From: Nitrospirota bacterium
GTDB lineage: Bacteria; Nitrospirota; UBA9217
Direction: 5' to 3'
Length of the DNA stretch: 64,000 nt
Assembly (NCBI GenBank): GCA_963740085.1
Contig: CAVUCU010000005.1
Span: 320,001 to 384,000, forward strand
Shown here: positions 39,088 through 47,924 of the stretch, piece after piece
Layout of the letters: each line of letters begins with the position of its first letter
Position numbering within the stretch: the stretch's first letter is position 1
The notes under the pieces: model-generated
The model's database searches: none
What the model was told of the DNA's origin: nothing
What the model saw: only the letters and a program-made list of their open reading frames with translations
Made by a program: the position numbers and the translations under genes

Positions 39088-42000
39088 TTACCCATCCCTG
39101 TCCGGCCCGCTTTCTCTGCGTTGCGCCGGTGATAATAGATAATATAGCGACGGCAGGACAATAAGCGCAAGTGGGATCTGGACCAGCAATCCTGCAATAA
39201 TCGCGACGGCAAGCGGCTGTTGCATGGCGGCCCCTTGGCCCAGGGCCAGCGCCAGAGGCAGAAGAGTCAGAATAGCCACAAATGTCGTCATAATAATCGG
39301 CCTCATGCGGTTTTTTCCCGCCTCTATCAATGCGGGAAGCATGTCCATGGTTCGCGCGAGATCGCTATATTCAGAGAAATAAAATATGGCGACTTCGGTG
39401 ACGATTCCGACGATCATGGTCATTCCCATCATTGCGGAGATATTGAGCTCAATGCCGGTCACCCATAGTCCGATGAACACCGCCGACAGGGACAGGAGAG
39501 GGATCACCATGATCGCCAGAACGATCCGAAATCGCTCGTACAAAAAAAGGAGAAGAAGGAAAACCAGCACCAGGGCAGCAATAAACACGGCGATGAGGCC
39601 GCGGAACGCGATCTGCTGCTGCTTGTACATTCCCCCAAGCTCGAAGTAAACGCCTTGCGGCACTAATCCGGGGCGCGCCATCAGCTTTCGCACGTCCTGG
39701 ATGACCGAGCCGAGGTCACGTCCGGTGATGCGGGCTGTTACCGCGGTCATCCTCTTCAGGTTTTCACTGGTAATTTCGGGCTGGCCAATGACCGCCGTTA
39801 CGCTTGCCACCCGTCGCAAGGGGAACATATGCCCGTCAGGGGCGCGCATCACGAGTGCCCCGATTTCTTTTTCAGTGGCGCGCAAATCAGGCGAGATCCA
39901 GACTCGTACGCCGACCATTTTGACTCCTTCCTGCACCTGGGTGGTGACCGACCCGGACAGGTAGTCATTCAGCATGCGGGTAACTGCATCGGGATCGACC
40001 CCTTCCAAAGCGGCCTTGGTACGGTCCACCTGAACATCCAGCGCATCCCCCGCAAGTACGATCCCGTTGCGGACATCCACCACGCCGCGTATACTGCTGA
40101 CCGCATCCGCAACATTCCGGCTCGCGGTTGCGAGTTGAGTTTGTTCGTCCGAGTACAGCTTTATCTCGATGGGTTGCGGCACTGAGGTCAGATCGCCGAT
40201 GAGATCTTCCATGAGCTTGGCGAGTTCGATCTTTATTCCGGGCACTTCAAGCTCGACTTTGTTCCTGATCTCGTCCATGACTTCATCGATGGGCCGCCGC
40301 GGCAATGGTTTCAGACGGATGAAAAAATCGCCCTGGTTTGCTTCCGTCAATGCGCCGCCGAGCTGCGTGCCGGTACGGCGTGAATAGGTAAGAACCTCAG
40401 GGGTAGCCTTGACGATTTCCCCCATCTGGCGAAGCAGACGGTCGGTTTCGGTGAGGGCGGTGCCGGGCGGAGTGACATAGTCGAGGATGAAGCCGCCTTC
40501 ATCCATCGACGGCATGAAACCGGAACCGACCTGCCGGTAACCGATGTATCCCACCAAAAGAAGCGGCACTATCCCTACCAGGATCAAAACGGGCTTCTGC
40601 AATACCCGCCTCATGAGCCACTCGTATGCCCGATGAGAACGGTCTCGGAACGGACCGCCCTCGTTCTCTTCCGCTTCTTTTCTTCCGAGCAGATGATCGG
40701 CGAGAAGGGGGATGGCGAGCCAGGTGATGAGAAATGAGATGATCAGCGCGGCCGCCATGGTGAGCGAGAGCGCCTTGAAAAAGGCGCCCGTTACCCCGCT
40801 CAGGAACGCCAGCGGAAGGAAGATGATGATCGTGGCCGACGAGGAGCCCGCAAGAGGCTGAGCAAACTCACGTGCCGCCGCCATTACGCGGCCCTCATGA
40901 TTTTCCCTGCTGCCGCGCAGGCGACGCATGATGTGTTCGACCATCACGACGACGTCGTCGATGATCAGGCCGACGGCTGCCGCCATGCCGCCCAGCGTCA
41001 TGATATTGAAGCTCATGTTGAACGCGTACAGCAGGACGACCGTGGCCGCCAGGACCGTCGGAACGACGATGATGGCGATGATGGTGATTTTCAGATTGCG
41101 CAGGAACAGGAACAACACCACTGCGCCGAGGAGCACCCCGATGATGATCGCGTCGCGCACGCTGGTCGCGGATGCGATGATGAGCTCGCTCTGGTCATAC
41201 CAGTTGCTGATTCGGACCCCTTCAGGCAGCTGGGGCTGAAAGGCGCCAAGTTTCGCCTTGATGTCCCTGGCGATCTGGACGGTATTGCCGCCCGGCTGTT
41301 GATATACCTGAATCAGTACCGAATCATGCCCGTCCGCGGTCACGCGTTGCCACTGCGGAACGATATCACGCTGTACTGTTGCAACCTCCTCGAGGCGGAC
41401 GATGCCGTTCGGCCCGCTGCGCATAACGGTACTGAGGATCTGGTCAAGGCCGGAAAGCCGCGTGTCCGACATAACGAGATAGAGTTTGTAATGGTCCTCC
41501 ATGCGCCCCACGGCCGTGATCACATTGGCTGCCGAGAGTGTTTGCGCCACGTCGTTCAAAGTCAGTCCGTAGGTTTGCAGACGGGCCGGGTCCACCGTAA
41601 CACGGTATTCCTCCAGGTTGCCCCCGAGGACCTGTACCCGTGATATGCCGTTGACACTGGACAGCAGGGGAACCAGTTTGTATTGAGCGAGGTCGCGCAG
41701 CTCAACGAGGGAACGGCTGTCGGATGTCAGGCTGTAGGCCAGGACCGGAAACACCGTCGGGTCCATACGCTTGACCTGAAACACCGTTCCCGGCGGCAGC
41801 TGGGGCATCGCCCGGCTGACCGCAGACTCGACCTGCAGCTGCGAGGCAACCATATCGACGCCCCAGTCGAAATCAACTGATATATCGGCACTGCCGCGGC
41901 TGCTGGTAGAGCGCACCGAGATGACGCCTGGCACCGAACGGACAGCTTCTTCTACGGGCCGCGTCACTTGAAGTTCCATCAATTCCGCGTCCCGGTCTCC

Positions 42001-42156
42001 CGCATCCATCGATATCATGACCCGGGGGAAATCGACATTCGGAAAAAGGGCAACCGGCAGCTTGAACGCAATCACCGCGCCTGCCGCAGCAAGGATCAGA
42101 ACAAAGAAGAGGATCGAGCGGCGATGCGCCTGTACCCAGAATGAAAAGGTGCTCAT
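39088..42156 (-). CDS. RND efflux permease (AcrB/CusA family)
   Basis: 1022 aa; 'GLIIDDVVVMVE', 'RMRPIIMT'. Confidence 0.92.
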   Translation of the reverse strand: MSTFSFWVQAHRRSILFFVLILAAAGAVIAFKLPVALFPNVDFPRVMISMDAGDRDAELMELQVTRPVEEAVRSVPGVISVRSTSSRGSADISVDFDWGVDMVASQLQVESAVSRAMPQLPPGTVFQVKRMDPTVFPVLAYSLTSDSRSLVELRDLAQYKLVPLLSSVNGISRVQVLGGNLEEYRVTVDPARLQTYGLTLNDVAQTLSAANVITAVGRMEDHYKLYLVMSDTRLSGLDQILSTVMRSGPNGIVRLEEVATVQRDIVPQWQRVTADGHDSVLIQVYQQPGGNTVQIARDIKAKLGAFQPQLPEGVRISNWYDQSELIIASATSVRDAIIIGVLLGAVVLFLFLRNLKITIIAIIVVPTVLAATVVLLYAFNMSFNIMTLGGMAAAVGLIIDDVVVMVEHIMRRLRGSRENHEGRVMAAAREFAQPLAGSSSATIIIFLPLAFLSGVTGAFFKALSLTMAAALIISFLITWLAIPLLADHLLGRKEAEENEGGPFRDRSHRAYEWLMRRVLQKPVLILVGIVPLLLVGYIGYRQVGSGFMPSMDEGGFILDYVTPPGTALTETDRLLRQMGEIVKATPEVLTYSRRTGTQLGGALTEANQGDFFIRLKPLPRRPIDEVMDEIRNKVELEVPGIKIELAKLMEDLIGDLTSVPQPIEIKLYSDEQTQLATASRNVADAVSSIRGVVDVRNGIVLAGDALDVQVDRTKAALEGVDPDAVTRMLNDYLSGSVTTQVQEGVKMVGVRVWISPDLRATEKEIGALVMRAPDGHMFPLRRVASVTAVIGQPEITSENLKRMTAVTARITGRDLGSVIQDVRKLMARPGLVPQGVYFELGGMYKQQQIAFRGLIAVFIAALVLVFLLLLFLYERFRIVLAIMVIPLLSLSAVFIGLWVTGIELNISAMMGMTMIVGIVTEVAIFYFSEYSDLARTMDMLPALIEAGKNRMRPIIMTTFVAILTLLPLALALGQGAAMQQPLAVAIIAGLLVQIPLALIVLPSLYYLLSPAQRRESGPDRDG

Positions 42157-43190
42157 GGCGAGGTCTCCCGCACTTCCATTCCTTCCTGAAGTTCGTAGTT
42201 GCCCAGCACGACAACCCGGTCCTGTTTCCCGAATGATCCGGAAATGCCGATGAGGCCCTTGTTTTCCACGTTGGTATGCACATCGATACGATGGGCGCGT
42301 CCGTTTCTGACTACAAAAATATACGGTCCCTTACCATCCGAGAGAACCGCCTGCCGTGGGACGGCGAATCCTTGACGGCTGTTCAGCGTGATGAGCCCCT
42401 GTATTCGAGTTCCCGGTATCAAATGGAAAACCTGTCCGGGTTTAAGTTTAACAAGAAGGTCGACAAGCCCTGTCTGCGGATTGATCATCCCATTGACGGT
42501 GTTGACAACGCCTGACACGCTCTGTGTTCTGTCGAATACCGGCACCAGTTTCACCGGCATGCCGCGTCTTACCTTGCGGGCGTCTTCCGGTTCGATTCCC
42601 AGCACAATGCGCGGGTGATCAATCCGCGACAGCTGCATCGCCGGAGCGCCTGCCTGAATTCGCTCTCCCTGGCCTATCTGCACCACGCTTACAATTCCGT
42701 CAAAAGGCGACCGGATTATTTCGCTTGGGGTCCCTGTTCCCAGCTTCTCCTGGGCTGCTAGCGATGCCTCTGCATCGTGCAAGGCCTTTTGAGCGTTCGC
42801 CAGCTGTGACCTGGTCGCAAGCTGTTGTGCCAGCAGGTTTTGCACTCGGTCCAGTTCACCCCTTGCCAGGTCCGCGGCTGACCGCGCCTGCTCATAATTG
42901 ACGCTATCCTGAGGGCTGGTTTCCATTTGCAGGAGGGGTGTGCCTTTTTTTACCTCCTCTCCCTGGGCGACCAGAAGCCGCGTCACCCGCCCTGCACGGG
43001 GGAAATTAATGCTTTCGGTGTTGAGAGGATCGACGCTCACGATCCCATAGCTGGAGATCGTTTCCGCAAGCGCCTGCTGAGTGAGGGGTCGTGTTTTAAC
43101 CAGCGCACTTGCAGTGTCCGCTGATATCGCGTAATCTGTGGCTCCGAACATGATCAGCAAAACCGCGCACAGGAGAAAGCTCTTTCTCAT
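42153..43190 (-). CDS. RND periplasmic adaptor (MFP)
   Basis: Signal peptide, lipoyl half-motifs, coiled hairpin. Confidence 0.88.
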   Translation of the reverse strand: MRKSFLLCAVLLIMFGATDYAISADTASALVKTRPLTQQALAETISSYGIVSVDPLNTESINFPRAGRVTRLLVAQGEEVKKGTPLLQMETSPQDSVNYEQARSAADLARGELDRVQNLLAQQLATRSQLANAQKALHDAEASLAAQEKLGTGTPSEIIRSPFDGIVSVVQIGQGERIQAGAPAMQLSRIDHPRIVLGIEPEDARKVRRGMPVKLVPVFDRTQSVSGVVNTVNGMINPQTGLVDLLVKLKPGQVFHLIPGTRIQGLITLNSRQGFAVPRQAVLSDGKGPYIFVVRNGRAHRIDVHTNVENKGLIGISGSFGKQDRVVVLGNYELQEGMEVRETSP

Positions 43191-43191
43191 A

Positions 43192-44574
43192 TTATTTCCC
43201 TTGCTCATCAAGATGAATGTTGGCCGACACAATCTGTCCGGGCAGGCCGCTGCCGAGCAATGTCTGCAAGGCAATGCGTTGTTCTAGCATGGTTTGTTCG
43301 AGGGTAATTGCTTCAATGCGTTTCTTCAGCAAGGCGGCCTGCAGATCAGTATAGGTGGTGATGCTCAGATTTCCGGCATCGAGGGCCGCTTTTGCTCGCT
43401 CCGCAATACCCTCCATCTCCGGGAGAACGCTCTTCACCTCCTGGTATTGCCGGCTCACCAGGCGCCATTGCGAGAGTAGATTCTTAACCTGAGAGAAGGC
43501 CTCGTTGAGGCGGGCCTGGTATTCGTCATACAACCGCTCTCGGGTAGCCTTTTCAATAGCGATAGGACCCTGGTTGCGGTTGAATATCGGCAAGCTTAAC
43601 GTAATGCCGATGCCTGAGGTATAAATTCCGCTGGTGTCACGGGCACGGGTCAGCCCGATGTTAAGCGCGGGGAATTGCGACAGGACAGCCGCGCGAAACA
43701 GTTCTTCCTGGCTTTTGTAGCCGGCTTGCAGTGCCGCCAAATCCGGGCGGCGGTCCGGCAACTGTGCGACAGCGGTTTCGATCCTGGCCGGGTCCGGTTC
43801 GGGAACGTCAACGTTCCCCACAAGATCGAGCCTGACTTCAGGCGACAGATCCAGCAAGGCATTGAGATCGTGCCGGGTTTTACTGCTCTGCCGCTCAAGA
43901 TCGTTGATGCTCGCGTTTGCGTCCTGCAATGCCGTCATGTCGGCGCTCACCGCATCGATCGTCAGATTGCCTTCTTGCAGGGCCCGGCGCGCACGCTGGT
44001 ATCGAGTGTCGATAAGATCACGATAGGATTGCAGCTCCCGCATGAGTTTCTCCTGTTCAATGCTGTAAACGAACAACAGGCGTGCCTGCTGCACGACCTT
44101 CCATTCCTGCCACAGGACGGTCATATCCATTTTAAGGCTGTTTGCACGTGCCGCATTGACAGCTGCGTTATGGGTGAGGAGCGCGCCGATATCATAGCTC
44201 AAACCCATGTTGAATGCATTCATGGTGCCCGGTCCGCCGTTGGTGGGATGGTCCACTCCCGCAGCCAGCTGGGGATTGGGCAGGACCCCCGCCGCCATCA
44301 ACTGTGCTTGTGCTATACGTCCTTCATTCCGCACGATCTTCAGCTCGGGATTGTTTACTACGGCCAACATCGCCACTTCCGTCATATCAAGCCCGTCGTC
44401 TGGATTGAACGGGTGATCTGCCAGTTCCGGCAAAGGCATTTGACCCGCATGAACGATCAAATGGGGCACTTCGTTCAACAAGGTAGGCCTGGTATTCAGC
44501 GGCCTGGCCTGATAGGAGGCGCATGAGGACAACACGAAGAAAAACAAACACAGGCAAAGAGAGCGTGTCAGCAC
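43192..44574 (-). CDS. TolC/OprM-family outer-membrane lipoprotein
   Basis: Lipobox LSSC; 'RRPDL', 'LPIFNRNQG'. Confidence 0.88.
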   Translation of the reverse strand: MLTRSLCLCLFFFVLSSCASYQARPLNTRPTLLNEVPHLIVHAGQMPLPELADHPFNPDDGLDMTEVAMLAVVNNPELKIVRNEGRIAQAQLMAAGVLPNPQLAAGVDHPTNGGPGTMNAFNMGLSYDIGALLTHNAAVNAARANSLKMDMTVLWQEWKVVQQARLLFVYSIEQEKLMRELQSYRDLIDTRYQRARRALQEGNLTIDAVSADMTALQDANASINDLERQSSKTRHDLNALLDLSPEVRLDLVGNVDVPEPDPARIETAVAQLPDRRPDLAALQAGYKSQEELFRAAVLSQFPALNIGLTRARDTSGIYTSGIGITLSLPIFNRNQGPIAIEKATRERLYDEYQARLNEAFSQVKNLLSQWRLVSRQYQEVKSVLPEMEGIAERAKAALDAGNLSITTYTDLQAALLKKRIEAITLEQTMLEQRIALQTLLGSGLPGQIVSANIHLDEQGK

Positions 44575-44786
44575 GGTTTATTGATTCCCCTTCTCCGCTT
44601 GATAGTGATGAACAGAAAAACAATTCCGATGAGAATGGGTTCTCCAAGCGCTATTGGCAGCACATTATTCGGATTGAGCCAGATCACCCCTTGGATCTCC
44701 AGATCTGACATCGTGCTGCTTACCAATCCATCCAGCGCCGTATGCCCGTCATAATTTTTTATCAGATTATCTGCATTTATGATCAT
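44568..44786 (-). pseudogene. Probable chimeric remnant: ABC ATPase N-terminus fused to a membrane-protein C-terminus
   Basis: 'MIINADNLIKNYDGHTALDGL' resembles an ABC ATPase start but no Walker A follows; ends in a TM helix plus KRRR. Confidence 0.5.
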
Positions 44787-44879
44787 GGCTGCCTTCTTTC
44801 TTTATCCAAATAATGCAATTAACCGTATACGCAATCTGTACCCATATTTACTAGTATAACAAAATGATGGTAAAAGAGA

Positions 44880-44903
44880 GGGACGGGGGAAACCCCCGCC
44901 CCA
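44880..44903 (-). terminator. Intrinsic terminator-like hairpin
   Basis: GGGGCGGGGG-tttc-CCCCGTCCC followed by TCTCTTTT on the minus strand. Confidence 0.55.
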
Positions 44904-45003
44904 ATTGTTATTACCTTGCTCTTTCGTCTTCATGGCCGTTGTCCGAGTCTTCTCCTTCGCCGTCTTCATGGTCTTTTGGGTCGGTCTCGACCTTGAGAAC
45001 CGG

Positions 45004-45351
45004 TTAGTCAGGGTGGGGACCTTCCAGTGAATTTTCCAGAACAGCCCCTGTCGCCGCGTCCACTCCCACCTCGCGGGTGATTCCGTCCTTGCGGATATCA
45101 AAAGAATACCGCAGGCCGCTGCCGCCGCTCTCCTTTTCCAGTTCCTCGGCGACAATGACACCGGCACAGGCCTTTTGGGCAATGCGGCGAGCGTCGTCAA
45201 GGCTGATCTTTGCGTCCTTGGCGTATTGTCTGCCGTTGAAGTCATGGGCGGCCGTTGCCGTTCCCTGCTTTGACTGCCGTGCTGCGACTCCTCCGACGGC
45301 GATAAGGGCGGTTAGGACAATGCCAATAATGACGGTCATCATCTTTTTCAT
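45004..45351 (-). CDS. PepSY domain exported protein
   Basis: 'AKISLDDARRIA...ELE...YSFDI...EVGVDAATGAVL'; GGAGG RBS. Confidence 0.85.
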   Translation of the reverse strand: MKKMMTVIIGIVLTALIAVGGVAARQSKQGTATAAHDFNGRQYAKDAKISLDDARRIAQKACAGVIVAEELEKESGGSGLRYSFDIRKDGITREVGVDAATGAVLENSLEGPHPD

Positions 45352-45757
45352 GGTAGTCACCTCCTTTCGTGTAATAGCGTAAGTAAGCTTCATTTGATTT
45401 CAGCTTATGAAACATTATAAGAAAGGAAGATTACGGGAAGATGAACGCGGCGGGCTTTAATAATGAGCAATCAAAGTTGAAGTTATTCAGCTTGCAACGG
45501 GAAGAGGCTGTCTTGTTCCCAAAAGAAGGACGATCCCGGGTGCCTTTCATCCCACAGACAATTCCGCGAAGAAACACGACACGTTACTGAGATTGTGACC
45601 TCTGTCGTTCTTACTATGCCAACCAGCACGTGTGTTCTTTGTTGTAAGAACGTTTTAGTGACCAGGTTGTCCGGGTTACCTGCAACCGTTAGAATCTTTG
45701 CGCCTCTTTTGACAATGAACGCTTGTTCATTTCAAGCCTACCCATTCCCTGTAGGCC

Positions 45758-46216
45758 TTACGCTGCCACCTTCACCACGATCTTCATGACTGGTGATGAT
45801 GTACTTCCTGCCAGTTTCGGCGCATGCCCGTCTTCCGGCCAGAACACTGCAAGTTGACCTGCCTGCAAATGAGCTGGCGTCCATGTTCCCTTTACTACAG
45901 TTCCGAAGCAGATGTCCTTGCCTGCATCATAGGCCTCAGTGACCGTCATCAGTTCCATCGGCACACATCCGATGACCTCTTCCCCCGAAACGATGAACTG
46001 GACGTCGATGTACTTCCGGTGGTATTCGAACTTCGGCGCGTCGGTAATCATTGTCTCATACCGCTGTACCAGGGCAAACACATGATCCCTCTCGATCTCC
46101 ACCCTGCCATCGGGCAGGCTGTGAAGATGACGCCTGCGCAAAAAAGTAAGGGCCTTCTGCAATCCAGGTGTAAGGGCGATCTGATGATCAATGTGATCGA
46201 GATCTGAGATGAGCAT
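45758..46216 (-). CDS. YhcH/YjgK/YiaL family protein
   Basis: 'EYHRKYIDVQ...G.E', 'F.PEDGHAP', 'KIVVK'. Confidence 0.88.
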   Translation of the reverse strand: MLISDLDHIDHQIALTPGLQKALTFLRRRHLHSLPDGRVEIERDHVFALVQRYETMITDAPKFEYHRKYIDVQFIVSGEEVIGCVPMELMTVTEAYDAGKDICFGTVVKGTWTPAHLQAGQLAVFWPEDGHAPKLAGSTSSPVMKIVVKVAA

Positions 46217-46269
46217 GATGTTCTCCTGACAAGATGGAACGAACTGGCACTGATAAATTGGTGAGTACT

Positions 46270-46406
46270 CAGGTAGAGAGACTGAAGGTGTAAGGTTTAT
46301 AGGAGCAAATCGTGCGCGATCTTACCAAAACATCGGACATTTGAGATGATTTGAAATAACTGATGATCGATATATGCCAACCTTCAGTCTTCAGTCTAAA
46401 TACCTG
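46270..46406. repeat. 7-nt-periodic hairpin element (family B)
   Basis: caggtagagagactgaaggt ... accttcagtcttcagtctaaatacctg. Confidence 0.55.
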
Positions 46407-46440
46407 GATTGCGAGCTTAGCTCCATCCCCCTGCGGTTGT

Positions 46441-46995
46441 TCATCTCTTCTTAACAGGTGCCTTATTCCCCTTGCGCAATATCAAGCCGATATACTTGTT
46501 GATCGGGTTTGAACGGTCAAGGAACGGCACGGGGGCTTTTTTCCTTGACCCCAGGGCCCGCAATTCCAACTGAATATCACGGTTGCTGCTGTCATACTTC
46601 AGCCCTTTTTCAAAAGTTTCAAGCGCGTCTTTTTTCCTGCCTGCGGCAATGTACGCCCTTCCGAGATTAAGTAAAAATGCCGGGTAGAGCATATCCTCGC
46701 CAAACGATGACTCCTTTTTTAACAGGGAAATGGCCTGCTTGCATTTATCAACACCGGAACGGTACTTTTTGTCCACCAGGGCCTGAAGACAACCATAATA
46801 GGAGAGGATGAAAGGATCGTCGGGATACTCCACGGAGGCCTGCTGCAGGAGACTGAAGGCCTCCTTCTGGTCTCCCTTCCGGAGATGTGCCTTCACTTGC
46901 CGCAGATACTCACCGGGCCTTATTCCACCGCCACCGCCGGGCATCGCGGACCCGCTTACATTCACTGCTTTTATCGAATCGTCCGTTTCATTCAT
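46441..46995 (-). CDS. TPR-like protein
   Basis: Helical repeats; 'LNLGRAY...A...FEKGL..D'. Confidence 0.7.
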   Translation of the reverse strand: MNETDDSIKAVNVSGSAMPGGGGGIRPGEYLRQVKAHLRKGDQKEAFSLLQQASVEYPDDPFILSYYGCLQALVDKKYRSGVDKCKQAISLLKKESSFGEDMLYPAFLLNLGRAYIAAGRKKDALETFEKGLKYDSSNRDIQLELRALGSRKKAPVPFLDRSNPINKYIGLILRKGNKAPVKKR

Positions 46996-47083
46996 GCTTG
47001 TATTTTATCATATCCGCGGACGAAGCGAATGTGATTGTTATCACACCGGATAAACAGGATGGAAAGGTGATCCATCAATTGCC

Positions 47084-47719
47084 TTATGCGCCGGATCTCT
47101 TCATCAGGAGCATCTTCGCGAATTTTTCACGACTGATAATTCCTTCGTCAATCAGGAGATCGATCAACGCTTCAAGTCGTAATTCCCTCTCACGCTGCTC
47201 CTGCTGCCAGCTTTCCGCCATTTCTTTGGGACGAATAATTTCCAATTTTCCGAAATTTGATTTCTTACTTGGTTTCCGATCAACCGCCTCGCCATCGTAA
47301 TATTTACGGATCGCATCTTTAATCTCGGATTCCAGTGCAAGAACCGGAGAGATTTTCAGGCTGGTGATAAATTGAAGCTCACTTATCGCGTCAAGATCAA
47401 AGGGGTCGGCCATAGCTACATATAAGGTATTCTCACGCAACCTGGTCGGAACAACCTCATACTTCTTAACCAATTTAGGCGAAAGCAGCTTTATTTGTTT
47501 ATCCACAAGGGGAGGATCAAATAAGTTGACATAGGGGATTCTGATATATTTCGAGATGGCTTCAGCTAATTCCACTTCGTTTACGAACCCCAGCTCAATG
47601 AGATTGTGTCCAAGCTTCCCCCCCCAGGTCTTCTGGCGAACCAGTGCTGCATCCAGCTGCATTTGATCTATGAGACCGGTTTCTATCAGTATTTCACCAA
47701 GTTTTTTAACCATAAACAC
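47084..47719 (-). CDS. Stand-alone MshEN / GspE N-terminal domain protein
   Basis: 'KLGEILIETGLI...QL..AL..Q...KLG..LIELG' tandem motif; 'VAMADPFD'; no ATPase domain. Confidence 0.8.
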   Translation of the reverse strand: MFMVKKLGEILIETGLIDQMQLDAALVRQKTWGGKLGHNLIELGFVNEVELAEAISKYIRIPYVNLFDPPLVDKQIKLLSPKLVKKYEVVPTRLRENTLYVAMADPFDLDAISELQFITSLKISPVLALESEIKDAIRKYYDGEAVDRKPSKKSNFGKLEIIRPKEMAESWQQEQRERELRLEALIDLLIDEGIISREKFAKMLLMKRSGA

Positions 47720-47924
47720 GTCCTCCCGCCTGTTGGCAAAAAATTAAAGCAATGATCTGCATTCAACTTCCGCTGATAAAATAACGTTTCGATGCAGTAG
47801 ATTATAGTCCTTCGTGAAGTTATTGGCAAGGAGCTTTCAGTTGATCATGATCAGAGAAGAAGCAAAATTCTGTGATCTCTGTGCTCTGTACGGCCAAATG
47901 TTTTTCCCGGAATGATTTTTTCCT

